From: Octopus sinensis
Lineage: Eukaryota
Length of the DNA stretch: 64,000 nt
Reading direction: 5' to 3'
Assembly: GCF_006345805.1 (NCBI RefSeq)
Contig: NC_042999.1
Span: forward strand, 13,392,001 to 13,456,000
A model generated the notes under the pieces. That model saw only the letters and a list, made by a program, of their open reading frames with translations. It did not search any database and was not told the origin of the DNA. Positions 25,031-41,248 of the stretch are shown piece after piece; within the stretch, counting starts at the first letter, position 1; each line of letters begins with the position of its first letter. The translations under genes and the position numbers were made by a program.

Positions 25031-25480
25031 CGAGCTGACAGAATCGTTCACACGCCGGAGAAAATGCTTTGCGGTATTTCATTCGCCATTATATTTCGTT
25101 TTGGGATTTGGTTTGCAAGATTCTTTATATGAGTTCGTGTGTTGAAGCATATTCTGTTGTGTCTGGGGAGAGTTATTTTCTTTTAGTGCTTTATAATTTA
25201 ACACACTCACCGGTAAAATTTCCACTTATTTCTTATTTTTATTTTTATTTTTTTACCGGTGGAAATTTTACCGGTGAGTGTGTTAAATTATAAGGCACAA
25301 AAAGAAAATAACTCTCCCCAGACAACAGAATCCGCCATTATGTTCTGAGCTCAAATGCGCCATGTTCGACTTTGCTTTTCACCTTTTTAAGATAGATAAA
25401 ATAAGTACCAGATGAGTACTGGGGTCAATGCAATCGACCTACCCCTCCCCCGAAATTGTCAGCCTTGTACCAAATTGTTA
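25031..25480 (+). mobile_element. SINE family A interrupted by a foldback insertion
   Basis: Head at 25031-25092; the body resumes at 25333. Confidence 0.75.
25093..25332 (-). mobile_element. Foldback insertion flanked by a 9-bp TSD (CGCCATTAT)
   Basis: TSD at 25084-25092 and 25333-25341. Inverted arms at 25151-25225 and 25259-25331. Confidence 0.85.
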
Positions 25481-25803
25481 ATCTTAATCCATCCACTACT
25501 TTTGTCCCACTACTTAACCTATGGATGCCATTTGCTGTGTCAACTATGTGGCCAGATCCAGTGAGATCCTTGGTTTAATGATGCTTCCGTTCCCTTTGCA
25601 ATATCCCCGCCGGCAGATTCTAAATCTTTAAAAAGTGCCATAGCTGGTGTTTTCTTTCTCTAACAAAGTCTTTAAAAAATTAATTATACATTCAGAAAAT
25701 GTTTTCTTCCTATATAATGTATGTATATATATATATATATATATATACATAGTAGCAACAGATAAGAGGAATTTCGATTATCCCCACGTGGTGAAATGTA
25801 ATG

Positions 25804-26217
<414 letters not shown>

Positions 26218-26339
26218 CATTACAGGACTGCTTCGAGCGGTGGAAAACGCGTCTGGACCGATGAATTGCTTGAAATGGAGAATTATGTGAAGGCGATAAA
26301 AGTGTAAACATGTAAAACTAAGTGAATAAAATAATATTG

Positions 26340-26900
26340 CAAAATTCCAGTTTCTTTTGGGTACCAATCAGAACCCCGGCGAAGACTGCAGTATCGGTGT
26401 TTCTGCGTTTTAGGTTCTTCACACGACCAGATACGTAGGACTTAAACAAGTCCCAAACCAACAGATTTTAATATTCCACCTGGGATGGGAGCCCATACAT
26501 CAGAAATCCATGTATTATAACCAACCATCGTCTTGAACATAGACGATAAGTCAGAATGAAAAATTTTCTTTCGGCATTGTTCGTTGTTTAAAAATTACCA
26601 TGGGAAGTAATTTCCTGCAATCTGCTGTGCATGCCAATGTTATGATAAATGCTGTTTTTCACGCCTAATTGTTTTGAAGAGTGAACTTTTTGCTCCATCG
26701 AACGCTTAATTACTGAGGATTTCGGTAAACATTTGTATTTCGTCCATGTTTGAAATTTGGCTGAGATTGTTTTCACGTCTTTTTCGCTTTTGTATCATGA
26801 AACTCTAGAAATTGGCTATTTTTTGCGTCGAGGTCTTTCGGTAATTTTTGTGCTATTTTGGTTTTATGTCTCGATATTAAATTCTCTCGCTTCATAAATC
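26340..26900 (-). pseudogene. pogo/Tigger (CENP-B/DDE_1-type) transposase remnant
   Basis: Frame-broken peptides AQKLPKDLD, SNMDEI, ACTAD, MVIFKQRTMPKENF, QDDGW, WAPIPGG and LVWDLF, in the order expected for pogo DDE domains. Confidence 0.7.
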
Positions 26901-27749
26901 TTGAAAACTAACCCGTTGTTGCTTTAAACTTTGCAGACAACTGTTTGTTCTTATTGGCTCATTTCTGTGACTGAAGACGATTGAGGGACCTCTTAACTAC
27001 TATGCCGTTCTGTCTTTGGTATTCTACCTATTTCAATATCGCTGCCTCTAATTCTATATATGTATGTATTGATAGATTGATGAATGGATGGATGGCTGCA
27101 TGTATGAATAAATGTATGCTTGTATATTTGTATGCATGAATATAAATATAGATATACATTTGCATGTAGATATGTATGTATGTATGTATGTACGTATAAA
27201 TATTTATGTTTGTATCTATGAATATACGTATGTATGTTTATATGTTGGTACGTATGCTTGTATGTATGTATGTGTTACTTTGTAAGTATGACTATATATA
27301 GTTTAATTGTTAAATATACATAGTTTAATTTGAAAACTCCACCACAATGGACGAAAGCGCTATTATATGATATATGATATATGATATATGATATATGATG
27401 TATAAAAACATCTAATATACAAATAAATATCTGTAAATATAAAACCACCCGAATTTCTGAGTACCTCATTTCTTCTAATATAAAATACCTGTACATCATC
27501 TCCAAACCTTCCAATATATATATATATATATATAATATATATATATATATAGATATATATTATATATATATATATGTGTGTGTGTGTGTGGTGTGTGTGT
27601 GTGTGTGTGTGGTGTGTGTGTGTATACATTACAGGACTGCTTCGAGCGGTGGAAAACGCGTCTGGACCGATGAATTGCTTGAAATGGAGAATTATGTGAA
27701 GGCGATAAAAGTGTAAACATGTAAAACTAAGTGAATAAAATAATATTGC

Positions 27750-28310
27750 AAAATTCCAGTTTCTTTTGGGTACCAATCAGAACCCCGGCGAAGACTGCAG
27801 TATCGGTGTTTCTTCTGCGTTTTAGGTTCTTCACACGACCAGATACGTAGGACTTAAACAAGTCCCAAACCAACAGATTTTAATATTCCACCTGGGATGG
27901 GAGCCCATACATCAGAAATCCATGTATTATAACCAACCATCGTCTTGAACATAGACGATAAGTCAGAATGAAAAATTTTCTTTCGGCATTGTTCGTTGTT
28001 TAAAAATTACCATGGGAAGTAATTTCCTGCAATCTGCTGTGCATGCCAATGTTATGATAAATGCTGTTTTTCACGCCTAATTGTTTTGAAGAGTGAACTT
28101 TTTGCTCCATCGAACGCTTAATTACTGAGGATTTCGGTAAACATTTGTATTTCGTCCATGTTTGAAATTTGGCTGAGATTGTTTTCACGTCTTTTTCGCT
28201 TTTGTATCATGAAACTCTAGAAATTGGCTATTTTTTGCGTCGAGGTCTTTCGGTAATTTTTGTGCTATTTTGGTTTTATGTCTCGATATTAAATTCTCTC
28301 GCTTCATAAA
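27750..28310 (-). pseudogene. Second copy of the pogo/Tigger remnant
   Basis: Duplicate of 26340-26900. Confidence 0.7.
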
Positions 28311-29500
28311 TCTTGAAAACTAACCCGTTGTTGCTTTAACTTTGCAGACAACTGTTTGTTCTTATTGGCTCATTTCTGTGACTGAAGACGATTGAGGGAC
28401 CTCTTAACTACTATGCCGTTCTGTCTTTGGTATTCTACCTATTTCAATATCGCTGCCTCTAATTCTATATATGTATGTATTGATAGATTGATGAATGGAT
28501 GGATGGCTGCATGTATGAATAAATGTATGCTTGTATATTTGTATGCATGAATATAAATATAGATATACATTTGCATGTAGATATGTATGTATGTATGTAT
28601 GTACGTATAAATATTTATGTTTGTATCTATGAATATACGTATGTATGTTTATATGTTGGTACGTATGCTTGTATGTATGTATGTGTTACTTTGTAAGTAT
28701 GACTATATATAGTTTAATTGTTAAATATACATAGTTTAATTTGAAAACTCCACCACAATGGACGAAAGCGCTATTATATGATATATGATATATGATATAT
28801 GATGTATAAAAACATCTAATATACAAATAAATATCTGTAAATATAAAACCACCCGAATTTCTGAGTACCTCATTTCTTCTAATATAAAATACCTGTACAT
28901 CATCTCCAAACCTTCCAATATATATATATATATTATATATATATATATAGGTAAACAGTAAATTATTACAGACATGGACAAGAACATGAAACACCACAGA
29001 GACGACATATATATATTATATATATATATATATAAGTGTGCGTGTGTGTATGTATGTATCTTTGTATGCATGGATGAATGTGTGTATGTATGCATTTAGG
29101 TACGTATACATATATGTTTATTATGTTATATCATGCTATCTACGTGTATGTACACTCGTTACATTATACATTCAATTAACAAGAGGCCACCCTCAACGAA
29201 ATTGGCTTCATGCCGAAGGATGTAATGACATTTTTGTATTCCGGTCTCGTCTTCTAAGTTGTAATTCCAGCTTGTTTATTTGTTCGTTTGAAATAATCAC
29301 TTTTAAACACATCACCGTCTACATACTTGTCTTCTACGAACTACATCTTATCCGCATGTCACTTACGTACATCTAAGACGTTTTGAGAGCTTAGGAACAT
29401 TCGATAAACACGTAATAATAACTACGACATATATTAGTACAAAGTACTTTGTGTATGCGTATGTATGTGTGTGGACTTCAGCCAAACTGGAGCACCACCT

Positions 29501-29766
29501 GTTTGTTCCTTCTCGAGCCATGCGTAAAGGTTCTCCACCTGGACGGGACGCCGGTCCGTCGCAGGTGAGCTGCAAGAGGCAGGAGGAAAGAGTGAGAGAA
29601 AGTTGTGGCGAAAGAGTCAGCAGAAATTCACCATTACCTTCTGCCGGAGCCGCGTGGAGCTTAGGTGTTTCGCTCATAAACACACACATCGCCCGGTCTG
29701 AGATTCGAACCCGCGATCCCTCGACCGCGAGTCCGCTGCTCTAACCACTTGGCCATGTGCCTCCAC
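29501..29766 (-). mobile_element. tRNA-headed SINE family D with a 12-bp TSD
   Basis: Minus-strand head TGGCCAAGTGGTTAGAGCAGCGGACTCG...GGGTTCGAATCTC. TSD GGAGCACCACCT at 29489-29500 and 29767-29778. Confidence 0.9.
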
Positions 29767-30369
29767 GGAGCACCACCTAATGTTTACTAAAAGAAAAGCA
29801 TCACTTGGAGTCTGAAGGTGGTCAGACTTCGGTGTTGTAAGCGAGTGGTATAACAACTGGAGAACACAGCATCTTTAGCAAATACTCGCGATTCGTTTTA
29901 GATGTACAAACCGATAAACTAGAGTTAATACAAGGACATGTTATGGGTCACTTTGTCTTATATGTAGACGGTAGTCCGTCGTAACATTCATACTTAATTA
30001 AAGTTATCTATTAAAATACATCAGTGTAATTAACAACTGAAATCATACTAACATCGTTCTTTCATTGTTTTATAATTATTATTAGTATAAACGTGACTTG
30101 TGAATATGTATGCGTGTATGAATGTACTGGACTTTTGATATTGTTAGTGAGAGTCTTTGAGGTGTTGTGCAAGCTGCACTTGACTTAAAACCCTTGCACG
30201 GGTTTTGCGGACAATTCTTTTAGCGATGGTCATATTCGTCTAACAAGTAAACAGTTATCATGTATGTATGTATTATCCCGGTTTCATTTTTCCAACTTTT
30301 CACCTATAAGTAAGGGCAGGTTTCTAACCCGAAAACAACAAATCTTGATAATATCCACTATACATAGAT

Positions 30370-30409
30370 ACTGTCCGATGAACGGGAACGTTAAACTCTG
30401 AGTAACAGT
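30370..30409 (+). ncRNA. Decayed hammerhead motif
   Basis: ACTGT-CCGATGA-ACG[GGAA]CGT-TAAA-CTCTGAG-TA-ACAGT. All three helices are present, but the core has U4C and G12U changes. Confidence 0.55.
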
Positions 30410-30459
30410 TTTCGTGATATTTTTGCTGCTTTTTAATAATAACGTGGCCCTTTTCAAAC

Positions 30460-30745
30460 CTAGCCAGTCTCATGGGCCTGGTTTCCCGGTTTCTGTGACG
30501 TATGTGTTCCCCCCAGCCGGACGGGACGTCAGTCCATCGTAGCGTTACTCAAGAAACAGGAAGAGAGAGTGAGAGAAAGTTGTGGCGAAAGAGTACAGCA
30601 GGAGTCGCCACCCCCGCCCTGCCGGAGCCTCGTGGAGCTTTTAGGTGTTTTCGCTCAATAAACACACACAACGCCCACTCTGAGAATCGAAACCGCGATC
30701 CTCCGACCGCAAGTCCGCTGCCCTAACTACTGAGCCATTGCGCCT
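30460..30745 (-). mobile_element. SINE family D, second copy
   Basis: Homologous to 29501-29766. Confidence 0.8.
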
Positions 30746-30867
30746 CCCTTTTTAGTAATACATACATGCATATATATACACACACACATACACGTATGTA
30801 TGTATACGCACACACACCACACACATATATATATATATATATACACACATGTATGCATGTGTACATA

Positions 30868-30927
<60 letters not shown>

Positions 30928-31899
30928 CATACACCATACATGGGTGGCTGTAAAATGTATACTGCGTATAAAGTCTTTATGTTTTGCGTGTTATATATGA
31001 ATTATTTGCGTCTTAAGTGCTGGGAGGATATGGTAAATGCATCAAAGAGTACCACAGAAGAATTCAAGCACAAGAACGAAGGCGCTGTAACTTGTAATTG
31101 ATCGGCTTTCTTCTTGTTACCAAAATCCTTCAGAGGAAGTCATAAAATATACATTTATTTTATACTCAAACACGCTCTCTCGTGCGAACATACACACACT
31201 CACACGCAAATACGTTCGCTCACACTCACTCCTGATCCAGCTCATAGTTACACGGACACACATACACACACACATACAATATATATAAGAAGAGGGACAG
31301 ATAAAATATTGGTTACAATCGTTTTATCACTCGCTGGCATTTATTAAGTAAGTCGTTGCGCAACGAACATTCCTCAGCCCAGCTAATCCTCAGGTCAAGT
31401 CACTTCAACGAAGCTTATATTGTCGCAGGAAGCAAACACAAATAGTCTACAAGCTAGCCACAGACAATCTAATTAATTGTCTAAACTTCGTTGAGAGGAT
31501 TGGCATGAAGACTAGCTGTGCTGAGGAGTGGTCTTTGTGTCACGTCTTACAGAATGAACGTCAGCGAGTTAGGAAACGATTGTAACCAATATTCTATTTG
31601 TTTCCACTCCTTATACTTTTTGGATTTTTATCCGTATTCTTAGCAGCCTATCGAAATTTCTCTTAACTTCGATATGGGAAAAAGTGTGTAGTTTACGATG
31701 CTAAATATTTATTTTTATCATTTGCTGTTCACTTTTTGTTCTCAATACTAGCCGCCTATTGCTTGAAGCTAACTAACTTCCTACAATTGGATTTCTGGCT
31801 TGCTCTTAATTACACACACATACGCACACACACTCACATCCATATACGCATATAGATAGATCGAGGGACAGATTAATAAATAAACAAATACGCACACAC

Positions 31900-31948
<49 letters not shown>

Positions 31949-31951
31949 AAG

Positions 31952-32025
<74 letters not shown>

Positions 32026-32202
32026 GTAAGATGAGATGTTGACCTGCATTAATGATTAAAACAGTGATAGTGATTCTATAATTGTGAGTATTAACACTAA
32101 GTGGATTCTTAGGTAACACCTCATGAACTTTATTAAAAAAAAATTCTTCATATCGAGCGAAAATGCTTCGCCATCACTAAAATAGTCTATAATATCCAAT
32201 AT

Positions 32203-33196
32203 CACTGTGCAATACTCAAAAAAGTACAAGAGATCTGTGGACATTTTTATATGCAAATTGACATGGGAAATCCATTTCTGGCCTTCTTTTTGTTGAATTA
32301 GGCATGGTTTCTACAGAATTGTCACTGTTTACCCTTTTTATCATTATTATTAAATAAAATTCTCTACCGAATTGTAAAATGGGTTTCAACCCAGGGCTAG
32401 AGACCAATCTTAGTAACACCTACAATGCTTGTGTTGAATCTTATTTTTTATCTTTCAGATCTTATTTGTTTTCCACAATAAGTGAAAGACAGTGCAAAAA
32501 TGATCCAAACAGATTCTGTTATATCAGTAGGGAATTGACTTTTGCCAAAGAAAGCACAGTATTACATGCCATATAAAGAATATATACAAGGCATACTTCG
32601 ATTGTTACTTAGGAGACCAGGATAAGTCATGGGCGCCTCATGTGTGTTGCCTTACATGTGTGAAGACATTGAGTGACTGGAATCATGATATGGGATGTAA
32701 CATGTCTCTAAAAGTTCATGTGCTTCACTCTCATTTGGATTTTTTTGCGGAAAATCTTGATAATGTGAGTAATGAACATGGCGAAAGATTCCATCAGGAT
32801 ATTTCAGTGATGGAGCGATGATTCAAGGGAAAATGGAACTCTGGTATGTTGGCCGACTACTGCTGGGGTATAAAAAAAGATTACACTCTGCACAAGTGGC
32901 TTAGAGGGATAAAAGTTGTTTAAACTGACAGGTGTGTTTTTAATTCATAACCAATATATGTTTTGTTATACCAACTAAATTTTTGTTTTGTGTTTTGTAA
33001 CTTTTAGTATTTGCAATGTTGTGTTCAATACGCCATATTATGCAGTATATTATAAAACATATGGTTCATGGTACAGGAAAACGGTGCCTAATCGAGAGAA
33101 ATAAAGGTCAGAATCAGAATCAGGACAATTTTTTGACCCAGAAACAAGTCTTACTTAACTTGTACTTTTTTTGAACCTGAAATTTGTTGCACAGTG
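32203..33196 (+). mobile_element. Internally deleted DNA transposon, probably Chapaev/CMC type
   Basis: Termini CACTGTGCAA...TTGCACAGTG with imperfect TIRs and a 3-bp TSD (TAT). Remnant peptides CKNDPNRFCYI, LGDQDKSWAPHVCC and SLKVHVLHSHLDFF...EHGERFHQDI...MLADYCW. Confidence 0.75.
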
Positions 33197-34039
33197 TATT
33201 ACATGAGCGATAAATGATTTTGACGCCGCGTTAAACTCACTCGAGTGATGTAGCCAATCAGAACTACGCTGTTACAGCAGTAAAACAGCTGAATCCAGAC
33301 AGGTTCCAGCACTTTCGTATCTACGCATCTTTATTTTTATCTTGCGATGCACTTTGATGTCAATGCATGTCACATCAGTTATTTATATACAAACGCTTTA
33401 TACGCAATACTGCGATCCAGTTTCGATACCAGTGCACGTAACTCTCTCTTTCACGCTTTCTTTCCTTCTTTCTCTCTCTCTTTCCTCCCTCTCCATCCCT
33501 CTCTCTGTTCCCCTCTCTTTATCTCTCTCTTGCTTTCTTATTACCTCTCACATTCTCATAAGCACTGTGTATCACTCAGCCTAAAAGCTCTTTACTCGAG
33601 ATGTTCCACGCCTCTTATTCGCTATGCTTTCTTCTCATTCTCTGGAATGCCAAAGCTAATTTTCAGTCTATGACAAAAGCACCACCAAAGTCTTACGCAT
33701 TTTATCTGTTTTGACTTTGTTTCTATTTTTATATTATCAGCATTCAGCCATCAGAATTTATACCAATCATTTGGAAGCTTCTTCAGTTGTGATACTAACA
33801 ACTACAGCTAAACATTTCCAGTGTTGAATATTTGAATGTGAACATTTGCTCAATGGATTTCACTTTGAGATGCAAATAATTTACGAGGCTGTTATTTACA
33901 AATACATGTAAAAGAAGACGGGCGGAAAGTACGAGTACATGCGCCAGCATGTAAGTGTTTAACGAAAAACTTGAGTTACAGGAAGTTTAGTGTTAGAAAA
34001 TAATGTACATCAAGAAACTTCAGGACAAACAAAGAGTGA

Positions 34040-34094
34040 AAGATAAATAGATAAATAGACAGATAGACAGACAGACTGATAGATAGACATACAT

Positions 34095-34165
<71 letters not shown>

Positions 34166-34176
34166 TACAGACAGAC

Positions 34177-34255
<79 letters not shown>

Positions 34256-34259
34256 CAGA
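34040..34259. repeat. (AGAT)n microsatellite
   Basis: Direct reading. Confidence 0.95.
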
Positions 34260-34638
34260 TAGCTCGAAGTAAGGTGAATAAAATCAAAATAAGTAACAGG
34301 ATTTCAAGTAGTAATCCAGTACGACCATTTCAAGCGACTCTATTTAATTGAACAATGCAATGCAATCATTGTATCAATTTTTAAATACAGTGCTATCTTC
34401 AGCTGCACAAATACGGAACTTCAACAGACAAGATACATTAACATTATTTTTCTTAAATATTTTAACAGCAAAAAGATGCAAGAAATTCATGCTGTCGCTA
34501 TTGTAGCAGGAATAGCTAAGGGAACAGTCTATAATTTTTTTAAAGTGGCGTGGAACACAGTGGGATTCATAGGGTTATAATTCATTACTACTTGAAATCC
34601 TGTTACTCATTTTGATTTATTCACCTTATTTCGAGCTG
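34260..34638. mobile_element. MITE with TIRs of about 55 bp (Tc1/mariner-like)
   Basis: AGCTCGAAGTAAGGTGAATA...GTAGTAAT (34261-34315) is inverted at 34584-34638. Confidence 0.7.
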
Positions 34639-35404
34639 TGTGGATAATAACGGACTGACTTGGTGCTTCAACTTAAGTACCTAATTCAACTAGATAGATA
34701 GATAGGTAGGCAGGCAAGTAGATAGAGAGAGACAAAGGGGAAGAAGGGAGTGGAGAGAGAGAAAAGAGAGAGTGTGTATAAACGACAGAAAAAGAAAGAG
34801 GAAGTAGCAACGTTAAGATAGTGATGCTTAAAATAGTAAGACTTATTCTCATATTCTCATAAAATCGTTCTTTCGGTGGATTTTGGCAATGAGTTTCATT
34901 TAGTCTACAAAACCCAGCCAGGCACAAGTATTTCCTTATAATATACGGAAAGTAGAGAATGTAAAGAAACAAAGTAGAGTATTTATGAAACGATTTCGAA
35001 GACATGCTGTGCATTTTAATTAAGAACTCGGATCCTGAACGCTCAGTTTACGGAGGAGATTATCAAATAGTTTTGAAGCCACACTGATTCTGGAAAGAAG
35101 CTTAAGAAATTCTTGTAAAACTACAGTAAAATTAGCTGGTCAGAGATGTCCAAAATTATGGATTGCATTTACATAGCAATAGGTACGTAATTGTCATCAT
35201 CATCTTTCTCATCAACACAGGAACACGATAACACAGAAAGGTCTAAGTCAACCTCAATCGGAACTCTCAGGTAAACGAAACAACGTGATTTTCGGCCTTG
35301 AAGTCGCTAGTTTCACCCTCAAAATAAATCTTTAGAATTTATCGTGCCTCCCACAGCACAAATGTTGCACTTTTTATGTGCCAATTCTTTCCTCAAAGAA
35401 GAGT

Positions 35405-35820
35405 ATCTATTTCTTTACTACCCACAAGGGGCTAAACACAGAGAGGACAAACAAGGACAGACAAACGGATTAAGTCGATAATATCGACCCAGTGCATAAC
35501 TGGTACTTATTTAATCGACCCCGAAAGGATGAAAGGCAAAGTCGACCTCGGCGGAACTTGAACTCAGAACGTAACGGCAGACGAAATACCTATTTCTTTA
35601 CTACCCACAAGGGGCTAAACACAGAGAGGACAATTAAGGACAGACAAACGGACTAAGTCGATTACATCGACCCTAGTGCGCAACTGGTACTTAAATTATC
35701 GACCCCGAAAGGATGAAAGGCAAAGTCGACCTCGGCGGAATTTGAACTCAGAACGTAGCGGCAGACGAAATACTGCTACGCATTTCGCCCGGCGTGCTAA
35801 AGTTTCTGCCAGCTCGCCGC
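35405..35820 (-). mobile_element. SINE family A, two tandem copies
   Basis: Bodies repeat at about 35405 and 35590. Confidence 0.9.
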
Positions 35821-36075
35821 GTTTGGTTTTCTTCGTAGCGTTCGGTGAACACTCACTTATGTAAGTGTAGCTGTGTTAATAATCTATGCTTATGAGTACA
35901 GACACATCCGAATATGTGATTGCGTGTTAGCGTCCGGGTGTATTTGACAGAGAGAAGGAGAAAGAGAGAATTATAAAGGGAGGTGTGGAGGAGGATAAAG
36001 AGAGTTGGAGAAAGAGATAGAATGGGAGAAAAAGAGAAATAGAGATAGAGACAACAGAGAAGAGAGGGAGAGAGA

Positions 36076-36106
<31 letters not shown>

Positions 36107-36264
36107 GAGGTAAAGAAAGTGCTGGACGATGTTACATCTGCTTGTGTTTATATCGGAGAGAGAGAGTTCTAGAGCTAATCATCTACTCAGACAGAGTGTA
36201 CATATAACAGATACATCACAGAGGAAAATAATGACAGTGAAAATAGCGACAACACTAAGAAGTC

Positions 36265-37070
36265 GAAGAAGGAGAGGAAGGAGAAGAAGAAGAAGAGAAG
36301 AAGAAGAAGAAGAAAAGAAGAAGAAACGAAGAAGAAAAGAAGAAGAAAACGAAGAAGACGAAGAAGAAGAAGAAAAGAAGAAACGAACACAAAGACAAAG
36401 ATGAAAAGAAGAAGAAGAAGAAAAGAAGAAACGAAGAAAAGAAGAAGACGAAGATGAAGAAGATGATAAAGAAAAGATGAAGGAAAGAAAAAGAAGACGA
36501 AGAAGAAGAAGACGAAGAAGAAGAAAAGAAGACGAAGATGAAGAAGAAGAAGAAAAGAAGAAACGAACACAAAGACAAAAATGAAAAGAAGAAGAAAAGA
36601 AGAAGAAACGAAGAAAAGAAGAAGACGAAGATGAAGAAGATGATAAAGTAAAGATGAAGAAAAGAAGAAGAAACGAAAAAAGAAGAAGACGAAGATGATG
36701 ATGATGAGGAAGAAAAGATGAAGAAGTAGAAGAAGATGATGCAGAAAAGAAGATGAATAAAAGAAGATGGAAAAGAAGAAGAAGAAGAAGAAGAAGAAGA
36801 AGAAGAAGAAGAAGAAGAAAAAGAAGAAGAAGAAGAAGAAGAAGAAGAAAAGAAGAAGAAGAAAAAGAAGAGGAAACAAGGGTGATGAGCTGATGTTGCT
36901 ATTGATGAAGGTAGTGGTAATGATGGTTATGATGATCATGATGGCGATGATTATGATGATTATGATGATGATGGTGCGATGTGGACGACTGGAGACGATG
37001 ATGATGACAATGATGATGATGATGACGATGATGGTAATGATGAATATGATAATGATGTTGGTGATGGCAA
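36265..37070. repeat. (GAA)n-rich polypurine tract followed by (GAT)n
   Basis: Direct reading. An internal block of about 190 bp is duplicated (ACGAACACAAAGACAA at about 36383 and 36562). Confidence 0.95.
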
Positions 37071-37372
37071 CTCTGAAAGTGTGTGTGTGTATGTGTATAT
37101 ACATATATATAATTTCATATATCTAGTGTATATAATCATATATGTATAGACGCACATATGCGCTCTCTCTCACACACACGCATGGATATATTTAGGTCCA
37201 AATCCTAAGAAAAAGAAAACGGTAAAATATTTTCTTAACCCGTCAGTTGACAATTTGTAGAAGCAGATGTTCGACTGGGCGAGTCTATTTCAATATTTGC
37301 CATCATATTCATTCCTTTTATCTCTTCACAATTTTACAGACATTCTCTCACTCGTCCCCCCCCCCTACCTTG

Positions 37373-38960
<1,588 letters not shown>

Positions 38961-38975
38961 ATAGTCACACAAGTG

Positions 38976-39043
<68 letters not shown>

Positions 39044-39714
39044 CTAATACAATTGTTTGTTTGTATTCCACCTGCCTTCGTCTTTTGTTTATTTCCGTAA
39101 ACCGGCCTCGTCTTTTGTCTATTTTCATAAAGCTTCCCGTTATATATATATGTATAAAGAATTAGTATTACCGGTATTTATAGTAATAATAAGGTGGCTA
39201 GAAAGTTCACGCCTTTACAAGCACAATGGTTTTTGGAGCAATGGTTCTGATTTTAGTAAAGGGGCGAACTTGCTAGCCACCTTATTGTTACTGTAAATAA
39301 CAGTAATAATGCTAGTTTATTTAAATTTTTCTTGTTTACGATAGTTTCTTTTAAACGGACGTTGAAAGTAAGGAATGCATTCGAGCTAACGTAGTGAGTA
39401 TTTTAGAAATAGATGTTAACTGTTATTTTCAATTGAAGATCGCAGAGCATGTTTACCATGCAAAGGGTAAAATCAATTACTTACTGATGTATTCAAAGCA
39501 AAGGTAAACCTATTTCTCGTATGTTCATTGCATTGCTCGTGTGTATCTTTATCGTGAGTTTATGGTGGTTTTCCGAGCATTGGCTCTGATATTGTGGTAT
39601 TATATATAAGTGGTATTATATATCCTACTGAATCTTAAATTACGTCATATATATATATATATATATATATGTATAAACTTACTGTGGACACATATATGTA
39701 TATAATTGTGTATG

Positions 39715-39960
39715 TGTCTGTGTGTCTATGTGTCGGTGTCCCCCCCCCATCGCACCCCATCGCTTGACAACTGATGTTGGTGTGTTTATGTATCGGTAGG
39801 ATGGCGGTTCGGCAAAAGAACCCGACGGAATAAGTACCAGCCCTTACAATGAAAAAGTCCGGGGGGGGGGGCGATTTCTTCGGCGAAAACCCTTTAAGAT
39901 GGTGCTCCAGTATGGCCGCAGTCAAATTACTGAAACAAGTAAAAGAATAAAAGAATAAAA
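39715..39960 (+). mobile_element. SINE family B 3' half
   Basis: GCTTGACAAC...GGTGCTCCAGTATGGCCGCAGTC. Confidence 0.8.
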
Positions 39961-40499
39961 GAATGGCTATGAGGTTCCATCCGAATAAAATAGGAATAAG
40001 AGAGATCCCTAAAAAAGAAACAGCTGAGAACTCTTGTATTAAACGTTTCCGATTTGGCTACAATCCATAACTAAAATAATATGAAAAAAATTCCTTCGCC
40101 TTTTTACTCCGCTAAACTTGGCTTAAATTTTTACTTTAACAGCCATATTGTTTCTTTTTGACAGAGCAACAATGGAAACAGATAACTTAAATTTGAAAAT
40201 GTTTATGCATGAGCGACTCTGAAGCGAATTAGCATCAACCTGGGGTGAAAGCAAGACAATGGCTTGGAGTTACGGCAGATTTAGTATTTACAGCTTTATA
40301 AGGTTGGTCACGTATTTCAGTTACTGTATTCCTGATTGTATCTTTGCCCATTATAAATATCAATTATCATTATTTAAGTTGACAGCTTACATATATAAAT
40401 ACATTCTGGCACATGAAACAAGCGAGCTTGCACGAATAGATTGAGCCGAGACTGGGTAGGTTCCAAAAAGAAGTCTTCGCTTATTAGATATCACGACGA

Positions 40500-40515
40500 T
40501 GCACACACAAACACA

Positions 40516-40571
<56 letters not shown>

Positions 40572-40756
40572 CACACACAAACACATAATACACACATACA
40601 CACACACATATATATATACATACGTATATATACATACGTATATATATATATATACATACACACATATATATATATGCATACATATATATATATATATCCA
40701 TATATATATATATATGTGTGTATGTATGTATATATATGCATACATACATACATACA

Positions 40757-40806
<50 letters not shown>

Positions 40807-41015
40807 CATACATATATATATATATGCACACATATATGTATGTATACATATATATATAATGCATACATACATAAAATACATATATGTAGATATATATATG
40901 TATATATGCATGCATACATATATACACATACACACACACATATATACATATATATACATATTATATATATTTATGTACATTCACATATATGTGTGTGTGA
41001 GTATTTATATATATA
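40500..41015. repeat. Compound (CA)n/(TA)n/(ATAC)n microsatellite
   Basis: Direct reading. Confidence 0.95.
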
Positions 41016-41248
41016 GTACGTGATTGTGTGTGCGCGCGTGTGTGTACGTATATGTATATGCATGCATATATATATATACATGTCTATACCTAGATAAGAA
41101 ATGAAAGAATGTCAGAAGTGAACTCTCCTCACGGCATGCGAATATAACTCAGTGTACCTGTTGTAAGAAACCATACTTATGTATTATATATATATTATAT
41201 ATATATAATACATACACAAATATGTATATATATATATATATATATAGA

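Noticed and set aside
33190-33196. CACAGTG (RSS heptamer) suggesting a Transib/RAG relative
   Set aside because: The TIR reads CACTGTG inward, the TSD is 3 bp, there is no nonamer, and the peptides are not RAG1-like.
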